A stretch of DNA of 64,000 nt. Source: a candidate division WOR-3 bacterium. GTDB taxonomy: Bacteria; Hydrothermota; Tepidihabitantia; Tepidihabitantales; Tepidihabitantaceae. The translations under genes and the position numbers were made by a program. The stretch spans positions 1-64,000 of the forward strand of contig CBFGKH010000006.1 of the NCBI GenBank assembly GCA_965649295.1, in the 5' to 3' direction. The first letter of the stretch is position 1. The number at the start of each line of letters is the position of its first letter. This document shows positions 29,501 to 38,704 of the stretch, piece by piece. Below the pieces are notes generated by a model. The model was not told the origin of the DNA and did not search any database. It saw only the letters and a program-made list of their open reading frames with translations.

Positions 29501-30449
29501 CTGGCTGCGCAACTACCGTTCGGACAACGGCCAGCAGGTAAACTACATCCTGCCCGGCTATCGGCTGACCGAGCTACAGGGCCGGTTTGACTCGGGTTTG
29601 GTTCGGGCCGAGTTTGTTGTGCCTCGGATTAACTATCCCGAGACGACCGCAACTGGCGACGGTTTCTATGTCCGGCGACCAAATTCATCACGTATCAGTA
29701 CCCTGACCGGGAATGGCGACAGCCTCTGGTCAGGTCTGCGCGGTACGATTCCGTTCAGCCGCGACACCGTGCCCAAGACCGACAACACTCCACCCCAGCT
29801 CAAGCTCTTTGCCGACAGGATTCGGCTGGTTCCGAACGATACGACCCGAGTGCCAGTCGGTTTTGAGCTAATCGGCGAGGCGAGCGACCCATCTGGCATC
29901 CTGCTCGTGCCAATACCCGACCTGATGCTGAGTCTCACCTTTGCCGGCACCAGGACCGATCTGACTCCATACTTCAGCTACGACCAGAACTCTTCTACTA
30001 CTGGCCGCTTCACCTATCCTATCCGGCTTACCCGGACCGTTGACTCGCTCACCGTCGTCGTCTCCGACAATATGGTTGACCCATCCAGCCCAGGCCGCAA
30101 CCGCACCACCCAGACAGTCTGGCTGGCAACCGACCTCGCCGACGTGCTTCGGCTCGATTCCTGTCTAGTCTATCCAAACCCAGGCCAAGGCCCAGCCCAC
30201 TTCACCTTCTGGCTATCACGCTCCGCCCAAGTTAGCCTACGTATCTACACCCTTTCCGGACGGCTGGTTCGAGCGATTCCCGCCGGCCTGCGGCCATTCG
30301 GCTTCAATTCCATCTACTGGGACGGCCAGGACTGTAACGGCACCCCCCTGCCCAACGGCGTCTATCTGTACCGCCTCAGCGCTACAGCCCGGACCGCCTC
30401 TTCGACTCAGAGCGCCGGCCACACCGATAAACTGATTATCTATCGCTAG
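26556..30449 (+). CDS. Peptidase C25 (gingipain/PorU-like) with C-terminal FlgD/T9SS-type domain
   Basis: Signal peptide, propeptide-like N-terminus, LAGD, GHG and GSC catalytic dyad, LFGDPA, YPNP...WDG...NGVYLY. Confidence 0.88.
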   Translation: MSRSLPALCYLFALTGLALAQEPVELIAADSRQVVFELSLDSVTIVTDPAGVALLAPGWYSLDEPGDLDIPCRDVLVGIPPGARPVLAARPLLTETMADVRLRRIPAFAEHSSDQPEPLTAESQTPPLAEIVAIERFRDIQVARVRVRAARPNLPANGIELLRRLQVTVSFRGGERAPQSANTSPAPALDSALARMLVNGNQALSWKQAPSDQDSVNFFSRSAVWVKVEIETTGIYQIRPADLRELGFNPDAIDPATLRLYGLGRHIENGPYGDTIAEVAVLVSDNGNNRFDGSDYLAFYAESPSYWQRADSLWRTNPFTTRACFWLTWGTGPGRRMAEVSGGGATSPRTTAFRRVRLERDELCPARSGLLWLWQYFYKASGPIPVDTAVVLDLPERDTILRIAGRLIGRYSGDVSVPYPLILSLNGFVLDTVTVTARAQTPPPCDFVFDSLPLLVAARPNLTDSLGFLLYPEREEELFLDYLEVDYIARLRLTRDRPFIEFSVRDSGGADFEISGAPENTVVVDATDPIAPKLIRLGTKTSRGLALRLVPSAVPARIACALPDHLRRPVLSRQQPGTLRSPSVAADYCIICPDEFYDAAVILARYRENNVPGLPMARAQAFRLSEIYNDYAFGWEEPGAIKAFLRAKRPQYVLLAGDGTYDYRNILGLRTNPTLPPYETGIDIDPEVYGRTAKALDAWYADLDGAGSSPDLILGRITCRSAVELRLFLDKVKEYESQPPGYWAKRFILLADDEYLGTVTRRDPIGFQHIFGSEAMATRATPLLDPVKIYLTEWPPGDRGRSELALRNELDRGALLWCFYGHGAGFQLNHEKTLEIAKVRNIRNGRRLPLAFFGSCGVGRFDDTRFEAIAEELVRFDQGCIATIGATKATESGGNEYLAGILFPYLMNNPSLPIGPAFYSAYTQANTLYHLFGDPATRLRMPVLGPEPIALPDTFYPGARITASCSVSAQSGWFGLATHEANWLRNYRSDNGQQVNYILPGYRLTELQGRFDSGLVRAEFVVPRINYPETTATGDGFYVRRPNSSRISTLTGNGDSLWSGLRGTIPFSRDTVPKTDNTPPQLKLFADRIRLVPNDTTRVPVGFELIGEASDPSGILLVPIPDLMLSLTFAGTRTDLTPYFSYDQNSSTTGRFTYPIRLTRTVDSLTVVVSDNMVDPSSPGRNRTTQTVWLATDLADVLRLDSCLVYPNPGQGPAHFTFWLSRSAQVSLRIYTLSGRLVRAIPAGLRPFGFNSIYWDGQDCNGTPLPNGVYLYRLSATARTASSTQSAGHTDKLIIYR

Positions 30450-30546
30450 TTACCGGCTGCTCGCCGGCCACAACCGGTAGATAGAGTCACCAGCGCCTGC
30501 TAATTTTCGGCTTGACTTGGAGGCGACGGTGGCTAAGATTGGGCCT

Positions 30547-31401
30547 GTGAACCGACTCCAGGTGATGGTTGCCCTGAAGCGGCAGAACAGGCTGCTGCAC
30601 CTGTCGGTTCCGAATTATGCCGTAGTATTGGCCGGCCTCGCCTTGGTCGGCCTGCTCTTTTTCGGAGTGTTCACCCTGCTACGCGCCGGCGATTCGGTAC
30701 GCCTTGCCCAACTGGTCCGGGAGAACACCGAACTGCGACGCCAGGTGGAACAGTATGGCGCTGCTCTCGACACCTTCCGGCTGTTCCTAGCCGCTGCTGA
30801 GAAGCTCGACAACAAACTCCGCGCCGCCATCAACCTAAGCCTGATACCCTCGGACATTCGGCTAATGGGCATTGGCGGGCAGGAACCCCCCAACCCCGAA
30901 CTGCAGGTTGATAATCTGCTCCGACGGGTACGGCTCGAAAGACGCTCCCTCGCCGAAATCGAAGCAGCCGTGAATAGCCAGCAGGCCCGTCTCGCCAATC
31001 TGCCGTCAATCTGGCCAGTCCAAGGCTGGTTAGCATCAGGCTTTGGCTATCGCCAGGACCCCTTCACCGGTCGTCGCGCTCTTCACCCTGGCCTCGACAT
31101 CGTCGCGCCTGCTGGCACTGACATCGTTGCGACCGCCGATGGCCGAGTCGTCTATTCTGGCTGGAAACCAGGCTGGGGCCGGTGCATCGAGATTGACCAC
31201 GGCTACGGCATTCGCACCTTTTATGCCCATTGTCGAAACTTGAAGGTTGCAGCCGGTGCCAAAGTCAGCCGCGGTCAGGTAATCGCCACAGTCGGTTCAT
31301 CCGGCCGCTCAACAGGCGTCCACCTTCATTACGGCGTCACCCTGAACGGTAACTGGGTTGACCCGCAGAACTACATTATCACTCAGCTCGCTGCCAACTA
31401 G
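30547..31401 (+). CDS. M23 family metallopeptidase
   Basis: PSIWPV.G, HPGLD, HLHY; N-terminal TM and coiled coil; GTG 30547 lies 7 nt after TAAGAT. Confidence 0.92.
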   Translation: MNRLQVMVALKRQNRLLHLSVPNYAVVLAGLALVGLLFFGVFTLLRAGDSVRLAQLVRENTELRRQVEQYGAALDTFRLFLAAAEKLDNKLRAAINLSLIPSDIRLMGIGGQEPPNPELQVDNLLRRVRLERRSLAEIEAAVNSQQARLANLPSIWPVQGWLASGFGYRQDPFTGRRALHPGLDIVAPAGTDIVATADGRVVYSGWKPGWGRCIEIDHGYGIRTFYAHCRNLKVAAGAKVSRGQVIATVGSSGRSTGVHLHYGVTLNGNWVDPQNYIITQLAAN

Positions 31402-32654
31402 CGCAAGACCACAACCGGCAGTTTCTCGACAACTGTGCCTGTCTTCGTGCGATATTCGAGCCGCACAACATAAATTCCTTCTGCCACGACTGCGCCGGTT
31501 GCATTGCGGCCATCCCAGCTCAGCCGACCACTGGTCGCTACCGGCCGGCAGTCAACCAGCTTTCGCTGATACCTGCCGGCCAGGTCAACCACGGCAATGG
31601 TCAGCCTGCCGCCCGGCTCCGGGAGCTGGTAGCCAATAGCAAGCGAGTCATCGAAGCCAGCGCTCGCTGGCCTGAACCGTTCCAGACCAAGCCAGAGCAG
31701 TCTGCCCTGACCTGGCCCGACAACCAACCGGCGGCCATTGTTGGTCGGGTTGCGGTCCTGAACAATCTCGACTCTGGCCCAGAGATCGGTCCTGCTCTCC
31801 GGACAAAGGAAACCGCAGGCCCTTACAAGACTGCTCTCTGGCAGTAGTGGCACACCGTCGAATCTAGCGACAAACTCAGCCGACGCTGGTACCGAGTCGC
31901 CATTACGGTCGAGCCACACTGACAACTGCCAAAAGTCAGCCCGGGTCGTTCCTTGATTCCTAACCGCCACCGAGCAGACGACATACTGTCCCGGTTCGTT
32001 AGCAGCACTGCCGAGGAACAGCTCCGTGACCGCCAGGTCAACAATCGAACTGGCGCTATTCTTGCGACCGGGCGTGGCCCCGGCCGAATCAACGCAACAG
32101 AGCCAGTTGCTCTCGTGGTCGGGCCGGTCAGCATAGATACGCTCCCACGCTATGCCGTCGCCTGGGTCACGGGGCAGCCGGTCAGCAGCATCCAGTGGTG
32201 TCCCAAAAGTCGAAACCGTCTCACCGTAGGGCGACACTACTAGCACCGGATCGGACGTTGCCAAGCCATTGCCAATAGTAGTGTTGCGGGTCGTCAGTAT
32301 CAGGGCCGAATCTCCGAACCGATAGGGCCTGACCCAGCCACCGACCGGATTGGGGTCGGTGTACTCTGAATCCAGGACAACCGCATACTGGCCAGGCCCA
32401 AGCCAGGTGCTATTGATAATGAGCGTCGGATTGTCGGCCAGGATAGTCGAATCAGTCCAAGCAACCAGCCGGTCCGGCGAGTCGCCATCATCAATTACCC
32501 AGTCGAAGAGGTCAACAGCTTCGGTGCTGCCATTGTAGAGCTCAACAAACTCGTTGCGGTCCTCGGGCCCGTGCGCGCCGCTGGTGCCGGCCGGGTTGGC
32601 CATCACCTCGCTAATGACTACCGACCGACTGACCAGCAACAAGAGCAACAGCAT
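31398..32654 (-). CDS. Lamin-tail domain / CARDB / FlgD-type secreted protein
   Basis: VVISEVMANP...EFVELYN, TPGRKNS, C-terminal WDGRN..G..V..GIY. Confidence 0.8.
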   Translation of the reverse strand: MLLLLLLVSRSVVISEVMANPAGTSGAHGPEDRNEFVELYNGSTEAVDLFDWVIDDGDSPDRLVAWTDSTILADNPTLIINSTWLGPGQYAVVLDSEYTDPNPVGGWVRPYRFGDSALILTTRNTTIGNGLATSDPVLVVSPYGETVSTFGTPLDAADRLPRDPGDGIAWERIYADRPDHESNWLCCVDSAGATPGRKNSASSIVDLAVTELFLGSAANEPGQYVVCSVAVRNQGTTRADFWQLSVWLDRNGDSVPASAEFVARFDGVPLLPESSLVRACGFLCPESRTDLWARVEIVQDRNPTNNGRRLVVGPGQGRLLWLGLERFRPASAGFDDSLAIGYQLPEPGGRLTIAVVDLAGRYQRKLVDCRPVATSGRLSWDGRNATGAVVAEGIYVVRLEYRTKTGTVVEKLPVVVLR

Positions 32655-32721
32655 TATGCCGATGATAGTCTAGCTGGACAGGCAGTCAAACAGCCCGGAA
32701 GCGAGCAGGCAGAACCCGCGA

Positions 32722-34303
32722 CTAGTATCCCGTCGTCACCTTGCCGGTGAATCTGAACAGGCCGTCTTCGAGCTCGATCACGTCCGACGGCAGGTCCGCT
32801 CTCGGGTTCCGGCCCGGTTCCCACCAGCCGAGTGTACCCGAGAAATGACCGGTGACCGCGTCACTGCGGCATCGGTCGACGTTGATGGCCGCGCCCACGC
32901 CGACGAAGCCTGAACAAGCCATGTAGGCGCGCTCGCGGTCAACATCCATCCAGTAAATCACCGAGCCATCGGTTGATGTATTGAACTGTCCAGGCTGGTT
33001 GCCCGGGAAGGTTATCCTGACGGTGGCTGCGACATCTTCGCTACCGTCCGGGCAAAGCAACGCGTGGATGACTGACCCGGAACTGTAGCGCATCGCCTGT
33101 ACCGATGCCGCCTTCAGCAGTTCGCCCGACCGCCTGACCTGGCAGACCGCGCGCAGCAGCACCATGCTGTCACCGAACACCCGGAACTCTGCGTGACCGC
33201 CGTCGCGCTCCACTGGGTCAATCAGTGTCCCCCATCTCGGCTTTGGCCTCACCCGGGAAACAGGAGTCGGCCATTGCGCGGAAGAATGTCGTGTCCTTAT
33301 CGCACGACCACGCATCGCCGACCGCCCACGTGTAGCCACACACCACGTCGGCTCCGGCGTCAAGAAAAGCCTGCACCAACGCTGGTGTCGAGAAAGCGGC
33401 GTAGGCGCTAAAGCAGCAAGAGAGATAGACGATGGTCTTGGTCTGGTTCAACGGCAACGATTCGGTCGTGTTGAAGTCAGCGTTGGCACGGATGAATCCG
33501 GGCAGCAGGACAATGTTGTAGTACGGCTTGCCCACGAAGCGCACGATCGCGGCCTGGCGTAACTGGTCAGGGCCTGGTTTGAGGTAGCCAATAAGCTGGC
33601 TGACCGCCGCCTCAGCCATCTGCTTCTTGCCGTAGGTCTTGCCCAACACGATTCCTGCCTCGTCCACTGGGCTACCCGGAAGAACGGGAACGGTGGTGCC
33701 GTGCCCGCTCCAGAACAGAATGCTGGCACCAGGGTTGATCGCCCCCAGTGCCAAGCCCAGATCCACATCACTGCCACTGAACATGTCGTAGTTCTTCCAG
33801 TTGAGCTTGCGGCTAAAGATGCCTCGGATTGCGTCGCTGGCCCTTCGTGTCCCGGGCAGCTCGGTATCGAACGGAAGCATGTAGCTGGGAGCATCACCCA
33901 CCTCGCCGCCGCCGGCGCTGCGCGCGGCTGGCTCCTGCTGCAACGCGGCACCAGCGGAGCCAGTCGTATCGCGCCGGATGTCGCCGGTTCCGGCCAGCAG
34001 CCCGCTGGTGAAGAACGCCCAGACCGTGCTATCGAGCGCTATCTGCGCGGTATCAACGCCCTCCTGCGTCAGCAGGAACGCCTGCGCCTGCGCGCAGGCC
34101 GCGTCGATGTCGCCAGCTGCGAGCTGCGCCGCATAGATTCTCGATGCGGAATCAATTGCGGTTAGGTTCGCCTCGATGGTACGTTCCTCGAACCGGCTGT
34201 AATCAGCCGGCCTCGCCTGTTTGCAGGTCAACAGCAGGAACGGGGTCAGGACGAATACCGCGAGCGCGATTACGCGCCGGACACGGTTGACTGAAATCAA
34301 CAC
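32722..34303 (-). pseudogene. Lipoprotein with clan CD protease-like motifs, split by a +1 frameshift
   Basis: Lipobox LLTC, WSGHG and YLSCC; removing one base from the C5 run at 33229-33233 joins ORFs 34303-33218 and 33363-32722. Confidence 0.6.
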
Positions 34304-34352
34304 TCCTCCTGGGTAAAAGTAAGATGTTAGTCATCCCTGTCCGGCAGTCAAA

Positions 34353-34382
34353 GCCTGCGCCCCGCTTCGGCGGGGCGCAGGC
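34353..34382 (-). terminator. Hairpin terminator after the hydrogenase operon
   Basis: 13-bp perfect stem GCCTGCGCCCCGC-ttcg-GCGGGGCGCAGGC. Confidence 0.8.
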
Positions 34383-34399
34383 GCTTGTTGTTCTTACGA

Positions 34400-36352
34400 C
34401 TAGACCAAGTAGTCGCCGCGGGGCGTGTAGTGGGTGTGGAGGTATTTGTGCGACACCTCGCCACACGGCCCGTCGGTCAAGAACTCCTCATAGAGCTTCA
34501 GCACATGCGGGTTCTCGTGTGACTTCCGAATCGGCAGACCCATGTCCTCGGCGTAGATTGCCTTGGCGCGGGCCGCGCGAATTGACGGACTGGTCGGAAT
34601 CGGCTGGCCGCCGCCGCCAAGACATCCACCCGGACAGGCCATGAACTCGATGAAGTGGCAGCTGGCAAACTTGCCGCCCGCTTTGATGTCATCCATCACC
34701 TTACGAGCATTGGCCGTGCCGTGGGCAACCGCAACCTTGAGCGTGACACCCTCGAGCCACTTCCAATCACTGCCCAACTTGCCTTTCTTGACTAGATTAT
34801 GGAAGAGCGCCGGCACCGGCCCAACTTGGGGTATCTTGATTTCCATATACTTGATACCCTCGAACCCGCGCACCGGCACGACATTGGCATCGGTGAAAAC
34901 GTCCTCTGCCTTCAGTCCGGTGACGACTTCGACAACCGTGCGCAACGCCGCTTCCATCACGCCGCCGGTCGCACCGAAAATCAGGCCCGCACCGGACGCA
35001 TCGCCGAACGGCAGGTCGAAGTGGGACTTAGGCATGTGCGGCAGGTCAATACCCGCTTCCTTTATCATCTGGGCCATCTCCCGGGTGGTAAGCCCGTAGT
35101 CAACGTCCTTGTACCCGGAAGAGTTCATCTCCGGCCGGTTGGCCTCAAACTTCTTCGCCGAACACGGCATCAAGGAGACGCAGACGATACTGGCTGGGTC
35201 AATGCCCTGCTTCTGGGCGTAGTAGGTCTTGATCAGTGCACCAAACATCTGCTGCGGCGACTTGCAGGAAGAGACGTAGGGCAGCCAGTCCGGATAGAAG
35301 TGTTCGATGAACTTCACCCAGCCGGGCGAGCAGGAGGTGAACTGCGGCAGGTAGGCCTGCTCTTTCTTGACCAACGCCTTGTACAGCCGAATGAGCAGCT
35401 CCGTCCCCTCTTCGATAATCGTCAAGTCTGCGGTTGTATTGGTGTCAAAAACCATGTCGAACCCGGCCCGCCGGATAGCAGTATTCATCTCCAGCGTCAC
35501 CGACGTCCCCGGCGGCAGTCCGAACTCCTCGGCGATTGCCGCCCGCGGGCTCGGCGCAGTCTGCATGACAACGTGCTTCTTCGGGTCATCAATCGCGGCC
35601 CAGATTTCATCCGACGGGTCCTTGGCCCGCAGTGCTCCGGTCGGGCAACGGTTGATGCACTGACCACAGTTGATACAGATGACGTCGGCAAGTTGCCGGT
35701 CCATGAAGGTTTCGATCCGAGTCTGATCACTGCGATGGGCAGCGGTCAGCACTCCGACCGACTGCAGGTCAATGCAGGTGCGCACGCAGCGCCGGCAGAG
35801 CACGCACTTGTTCATGTCCCGCACGACCGAGTAGGACGAACGGTCTATCTCGTAGCGTGGTTTGTCGGGATGGCCGAAGCGGAAGAAGTCAACGCCATAC
35901 TCTTTTGCCAGCGCCTGCAACTCACAGTTGTTGTTGCGGAAACAGGAGTAGCATTCACCGTAGTGCTTAGAAAGCAGCAGGTCGAGCACGTGGCGGCGAG
36001 CTTGGCGCACGCGCGGACTAGTTGTCTTGACCACGGTCGGCTCGGTAATCGGATAGGTGCAAGCAGTCTGAAGTGTCCGCTGCTTCTCAACCTCGACAAC
36101 GCAGATGCGACAGACACCAGCTAGGCAGAGGTCCTCGTGATAGCAGAGCGTCGGAATGCGAATCCCGGCCGACTTGGCAGCATCGAGAATCGTCGTCCCG
36201 AACGGAACCTTCATCTCAATGTCGTCAATCTTCACCGCCACCTGGCCGCCAATGTCGCCGGGCCGACCGGCGGGAACCACATGCGGCTTCTCGCTCGTCG
36301 GCACTGTGCTTGTCACCGCGACCTGGGTCGGTTTCTTCTTTCTATCTGCCAT
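34400..36352 (-). CDS. hydA: [FeFe]-hydrogenase group A catalytic subunit
   Basis: H-cluster motifs TSCSPGW, MPCSAKKFE, EFMACPGGCLGGGGQP; N-terminal 2Fe-2S and 4Fe-4S motifs. Confidence 0.96.
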   Translation of the reverse strand: MADRKKKPTQVAVTSTVPTSEKPHVVPAGRPGDIGGQVAVKIDDIEMKVPFGTTILDAAKSAGIRIPTLCYHEDLCLAGVCRICVVEVEKQRTLQTACTYPITEPTVVKTTSPRVRQARRHVLDLLLSKHYGECYSCFRNNNCELQALAKEYGVDFFRFGHPDKPRYEIDRSSYSVVRDMNKCVLCRRCVRTCIDLQSVGVLTAAHRSDQTRIETFMDRQLADVICINCGQCINRCPTGALRAKDPSDEIWAAIDDPKKHVVMQTAPSPRAAIAEEFGLPPGTSVTLEMNTAIRRAGFDMVFDTNTTADLTIIEEGTELLIRLYKALVKKEQAYLPQFTSCSPGWVKFIEHFYPDWLPYVSSCKSPQQMFGALIKTYYAQKQGIDPASIVCVSLMPCSAKKFEANRPEMNSSGYKDVDYGLTTREMAQMIKEAGIDLPHMPKSHFDLPFGDASGAGLIFGATGGVMEAALRTVVEVVTGLKAEDVFTDANVVPVRGFEGIKYMEIKIPQVGPVPALFHNLVKKGKLGSDWKWLEGVTLKVAVAHGTANARKVMDDIKAGGKFASCHFIEFMACPGGCLGGGGQPIPTSPSIRAARAKAIYAEDMGLPIRKSHENPHVLKLYEEFLTDGPCGEVSHKYLHTHYTPRGDYLV

Positions 36353-36355
36353 TGC

Positions 36356-37537
36356 CTACTCCTTTACTGCGGGCACGCGGCCCAGGATTTCTGACCGGAA
36401 GTGCTCGGTAATGTCGAGGAACGCGTTGGCACTCGATTGGCCAAGTCCGCACTTGGACGCGCTCTGCATGGTTCGGCCCAGAGCCTGCAGCTCGCGCAGA
36501 TAGCCGATTGAGCAGCGACCCTGCTTCAATAGCCGCACCCCTTCCAGCAGTTTGGGATTGCCCTCGCGGCAGGGCGTGCACTGACCGCACGACTCCTCGA
36601 CAAAGAACTCAAGAAAGTTCTCGGCCACGTCGAGCATGTCGCGCTGCGGCCCGATGACAATCACCGAGCCGCCGGTTGCCAGGTCTTCAAACCCAAGCTT
36701 GCGCTCAAACTGGGAGCGCGGCACGGTCCGACCCGAAGCACCACCGACCTGCACCGCCTTGGCATCTTCACCCTGCACGAGTTTCAGCACCTGCCGGACA
36801 CTCGTGCCCCAGGCAACCTCATAGACACCGGGCTTGCGACAGTCGCCAGAAACCGATAGCAACTTCGAGCCGGTAGAGAAGTCGGTGCCGTGCTGGCGAA
36901 ACCACTCCGGCCCCTTGGCTAGAATCTGGGCACAGGCGATTAGCGTTTCGACATTGTTGACCGCGGTCGGCGCGCCAACCAAGCCGGTATTCACCGGATA
37001 GGGCGGCCGGTTGCGCGGTTCGCCGCGACTGCCTTCGAGCGACTCGATCAACGCTGTCTCCTCGCCGCAAACATAGGCTCCCGCGCCCATCCGAATCTCA
37101 ATATCAAGGTCGAAACCGGAACCGAGGATATTCTTGCCCTGCAGGTTTTTCTTACGCCGCTCTTCGAGCTTGGCCTCGAGCCCGGGCCGCATGTAGGTGT
37201 ACTCGGCCCGCAGGTAAATAACCCCGAGCGTTGCCCCAATGGCATAGCCGCCAATCGTAATACCGTCAAGGAGTGCGTCCAGCCTTTCGGAAAGCAGCAT
37301 CCGGTCCTTGAACGTGCCCGGCTCACCCTCGTCGGCATTACAGACAATGAACTTCTTGTGATACTGGACTGCCGCGCAGAGATTCCACTTCACCGCCGTC
37401 GGAAAGCCGGCCCCGCCGCGACCACGAATGCCCGACTCCCGCACCATCCGGATGACCTCCGCGCGCGGCATCGCCAACGCTTTCTTCAGACCCGAGCCCG
37501 GCTCATAGCGTTCCATAATATGCAGTACGCTACTCAT
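36356..37537 (-). CDS. hydB: NuoF-like diaphorase subunit (short form)
   Basis: GRGGAGFP, NADEGEPGTFKDR, GAGAYVCGEET, ESCGQCTPCREG. Confidence 0.92.
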   Translation of the reverse strand: MSSVLHIMERYEPGSGLKKALAMPRAEVIRMVRESGIRGRGGAGFPTAVKWNLCAAVQYHKKFIVCNADEGEPGTFKDRMLLSERLDALLDGITIGGYAIGATLGVIYLRAEYTYMRPGLEAKLEERRKKNLQGKNILGSGFDLDIEIRMGAGAYVCGEETALIESLEGSRGEPRNRPPYPVNTGLVGAPTAVNNVETLIACAQILAKGPEWFRQHGTDFSTGSKLLSVSGDCRKPGVYEVAWGTSVRQVLKLVQGEDAKAVQVGGASGRTVPRSQFERKLGFEDLATGGSVIVIGPQRDMLDVAENFLEFFVEESCGQCTPCREGNPKLLEGVRLLKQGRCSIGYLRELQALGRTMQSASKCGLGQSSANAFLDITEHFRSEILGRVPAVKE

Positions 37538-38063
37538 GATGCCCGCCTTTGCCAGCTGCTGTCAGCAGTCCGTGAGTGGCGATGAACAAGCGCCGGTATT
37601 TCTCAATAACATCGGAGACCAGTTCCGGATGAACACCAGTATAGACATCATCGTTGACCAACATCGCCGGCCCGTGATCGCACATGCCCAGACAGTTGCA
37701 ATACTCAAGCGTGAACATCCGGTCCCGGGTCGTCTCACCGAACTTGATACCGAGCTCATTTTCGAGCTGCCGTGCGACCTCGCGCTTGCCGGCGAAGTCA
37801 CAGGACAGCGTCCGGCAGAGCCGGATGACAAACCGGCCCTTCGGCTCCGTCGAAAGATAGGAGTAGAACGAAACCACCCCATAGACCTCGGTGGGAAAGA
37901 CCCCAAGCTGACGGGCAATCTCCTGCATCGCGAAGTCAGAGATGTAACGGTATTTCTCCTGAATCGCTTCGAGTATCGGCAGCATCCCGTCGCGCTTGTG
38001 TTCGTATTTTTCGGCCAGCACGGCAATCTCATGCCGCAGCGATTCTCTTTCTGATGCCAGCAT
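37530..38063 (-). CDS. hydC: NuoE-like 2Fe-2S subunit
   Basis: CRTLSC and CLGMC thioredoxin-like 2Fe-2S motifs. Confidence 0.92.
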   Translation of the reverse strand: MLASERESLRHEIAVLAEKYEHKRDGMLPILEAIQEKYRYISDFAMQEIARQLGVFPTEVYGVVSFYSYLSTEPKGRFVIRLCRTLSCDFAGKREVARQLENELGIKFGETTRDRMFTLEYCNCLGMCDHGPAMLVNDDVYTGVHPELVSDVIEKYRRLFIATHGLLTAAGKGGHHE

Positions 38064-38066
38064 ATG

Positions 38067-38447
38067 CTACTTCTTTCCGCCAAGCAAAGCCTTGACCTTG
38101 GCGACAAGGTCAGCCGGCGCGACCGGCTTAGAAACAAACTCATCAACGGGGGCGAACTCCGAGTCCCGGCCGTACTTGTAGCCGGTCACGTGGCCGATTG
38201 ACGAGAGGATGATAATCGGTGTCTGGACGCCCTTGCGGCGCAGGTCCTGGGCCACGACGAATCCGTCGTCCGGCTCCTCCATCATCACATCGAGGATGAT
38301 GAGGTCCGGCTTCTCTTCCTCGACGGCCTTCATACCGGTGACCCGACTATCGGCGCTGGCCACGGCAAAACCCTCGGCCGTTAGCACCAGCCGGATCGAG
38401 TCAACAATATCAGGGTCGTCGTCCACTATCAGTACCTTTGGCATCAC
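38067..38447 (-). CDS. Single-domain response regulator
   Basis: LIVDDD, DLIILDVMM, KP; first gene of the hyd operon. Confidence 0.9.
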   Translation of the reverse strand: MMPKVLIVDDDPDIVDSIRLVLTAEGFAVASADSRVTGMKAVEEEKPDLIILDVMMEEPDDGFVVAQDLRRKGVQTPIIILSSIGHVTGYKYGRDSEFAPVDEFVSKPVAPADLVAKVKALLGGKK

Positions 38448-38704
38448 GACTCCTTGGTTATCGCCGCCGGTCCTACTCGGGGAGCGAGACGGCAGCGCAA
38501 GCTATGTACCTCGAGACTTTAGGTCAAATACTACGGTTGTTGGCGAAATATGAGGGTGCGACCTAAAGGCCCAATTGTAACAATGAAAAGCCCGTTGGCA
38601 AGGCCTCCCACCGAAACATGTTCAGCCGTGTCGAGCCGCGTCCCGAGTGGGTTCTTGCCGGCTGTTGCCTTGACTAGCCATATTCACCCTCCTATAGTTG
38701 CGTC

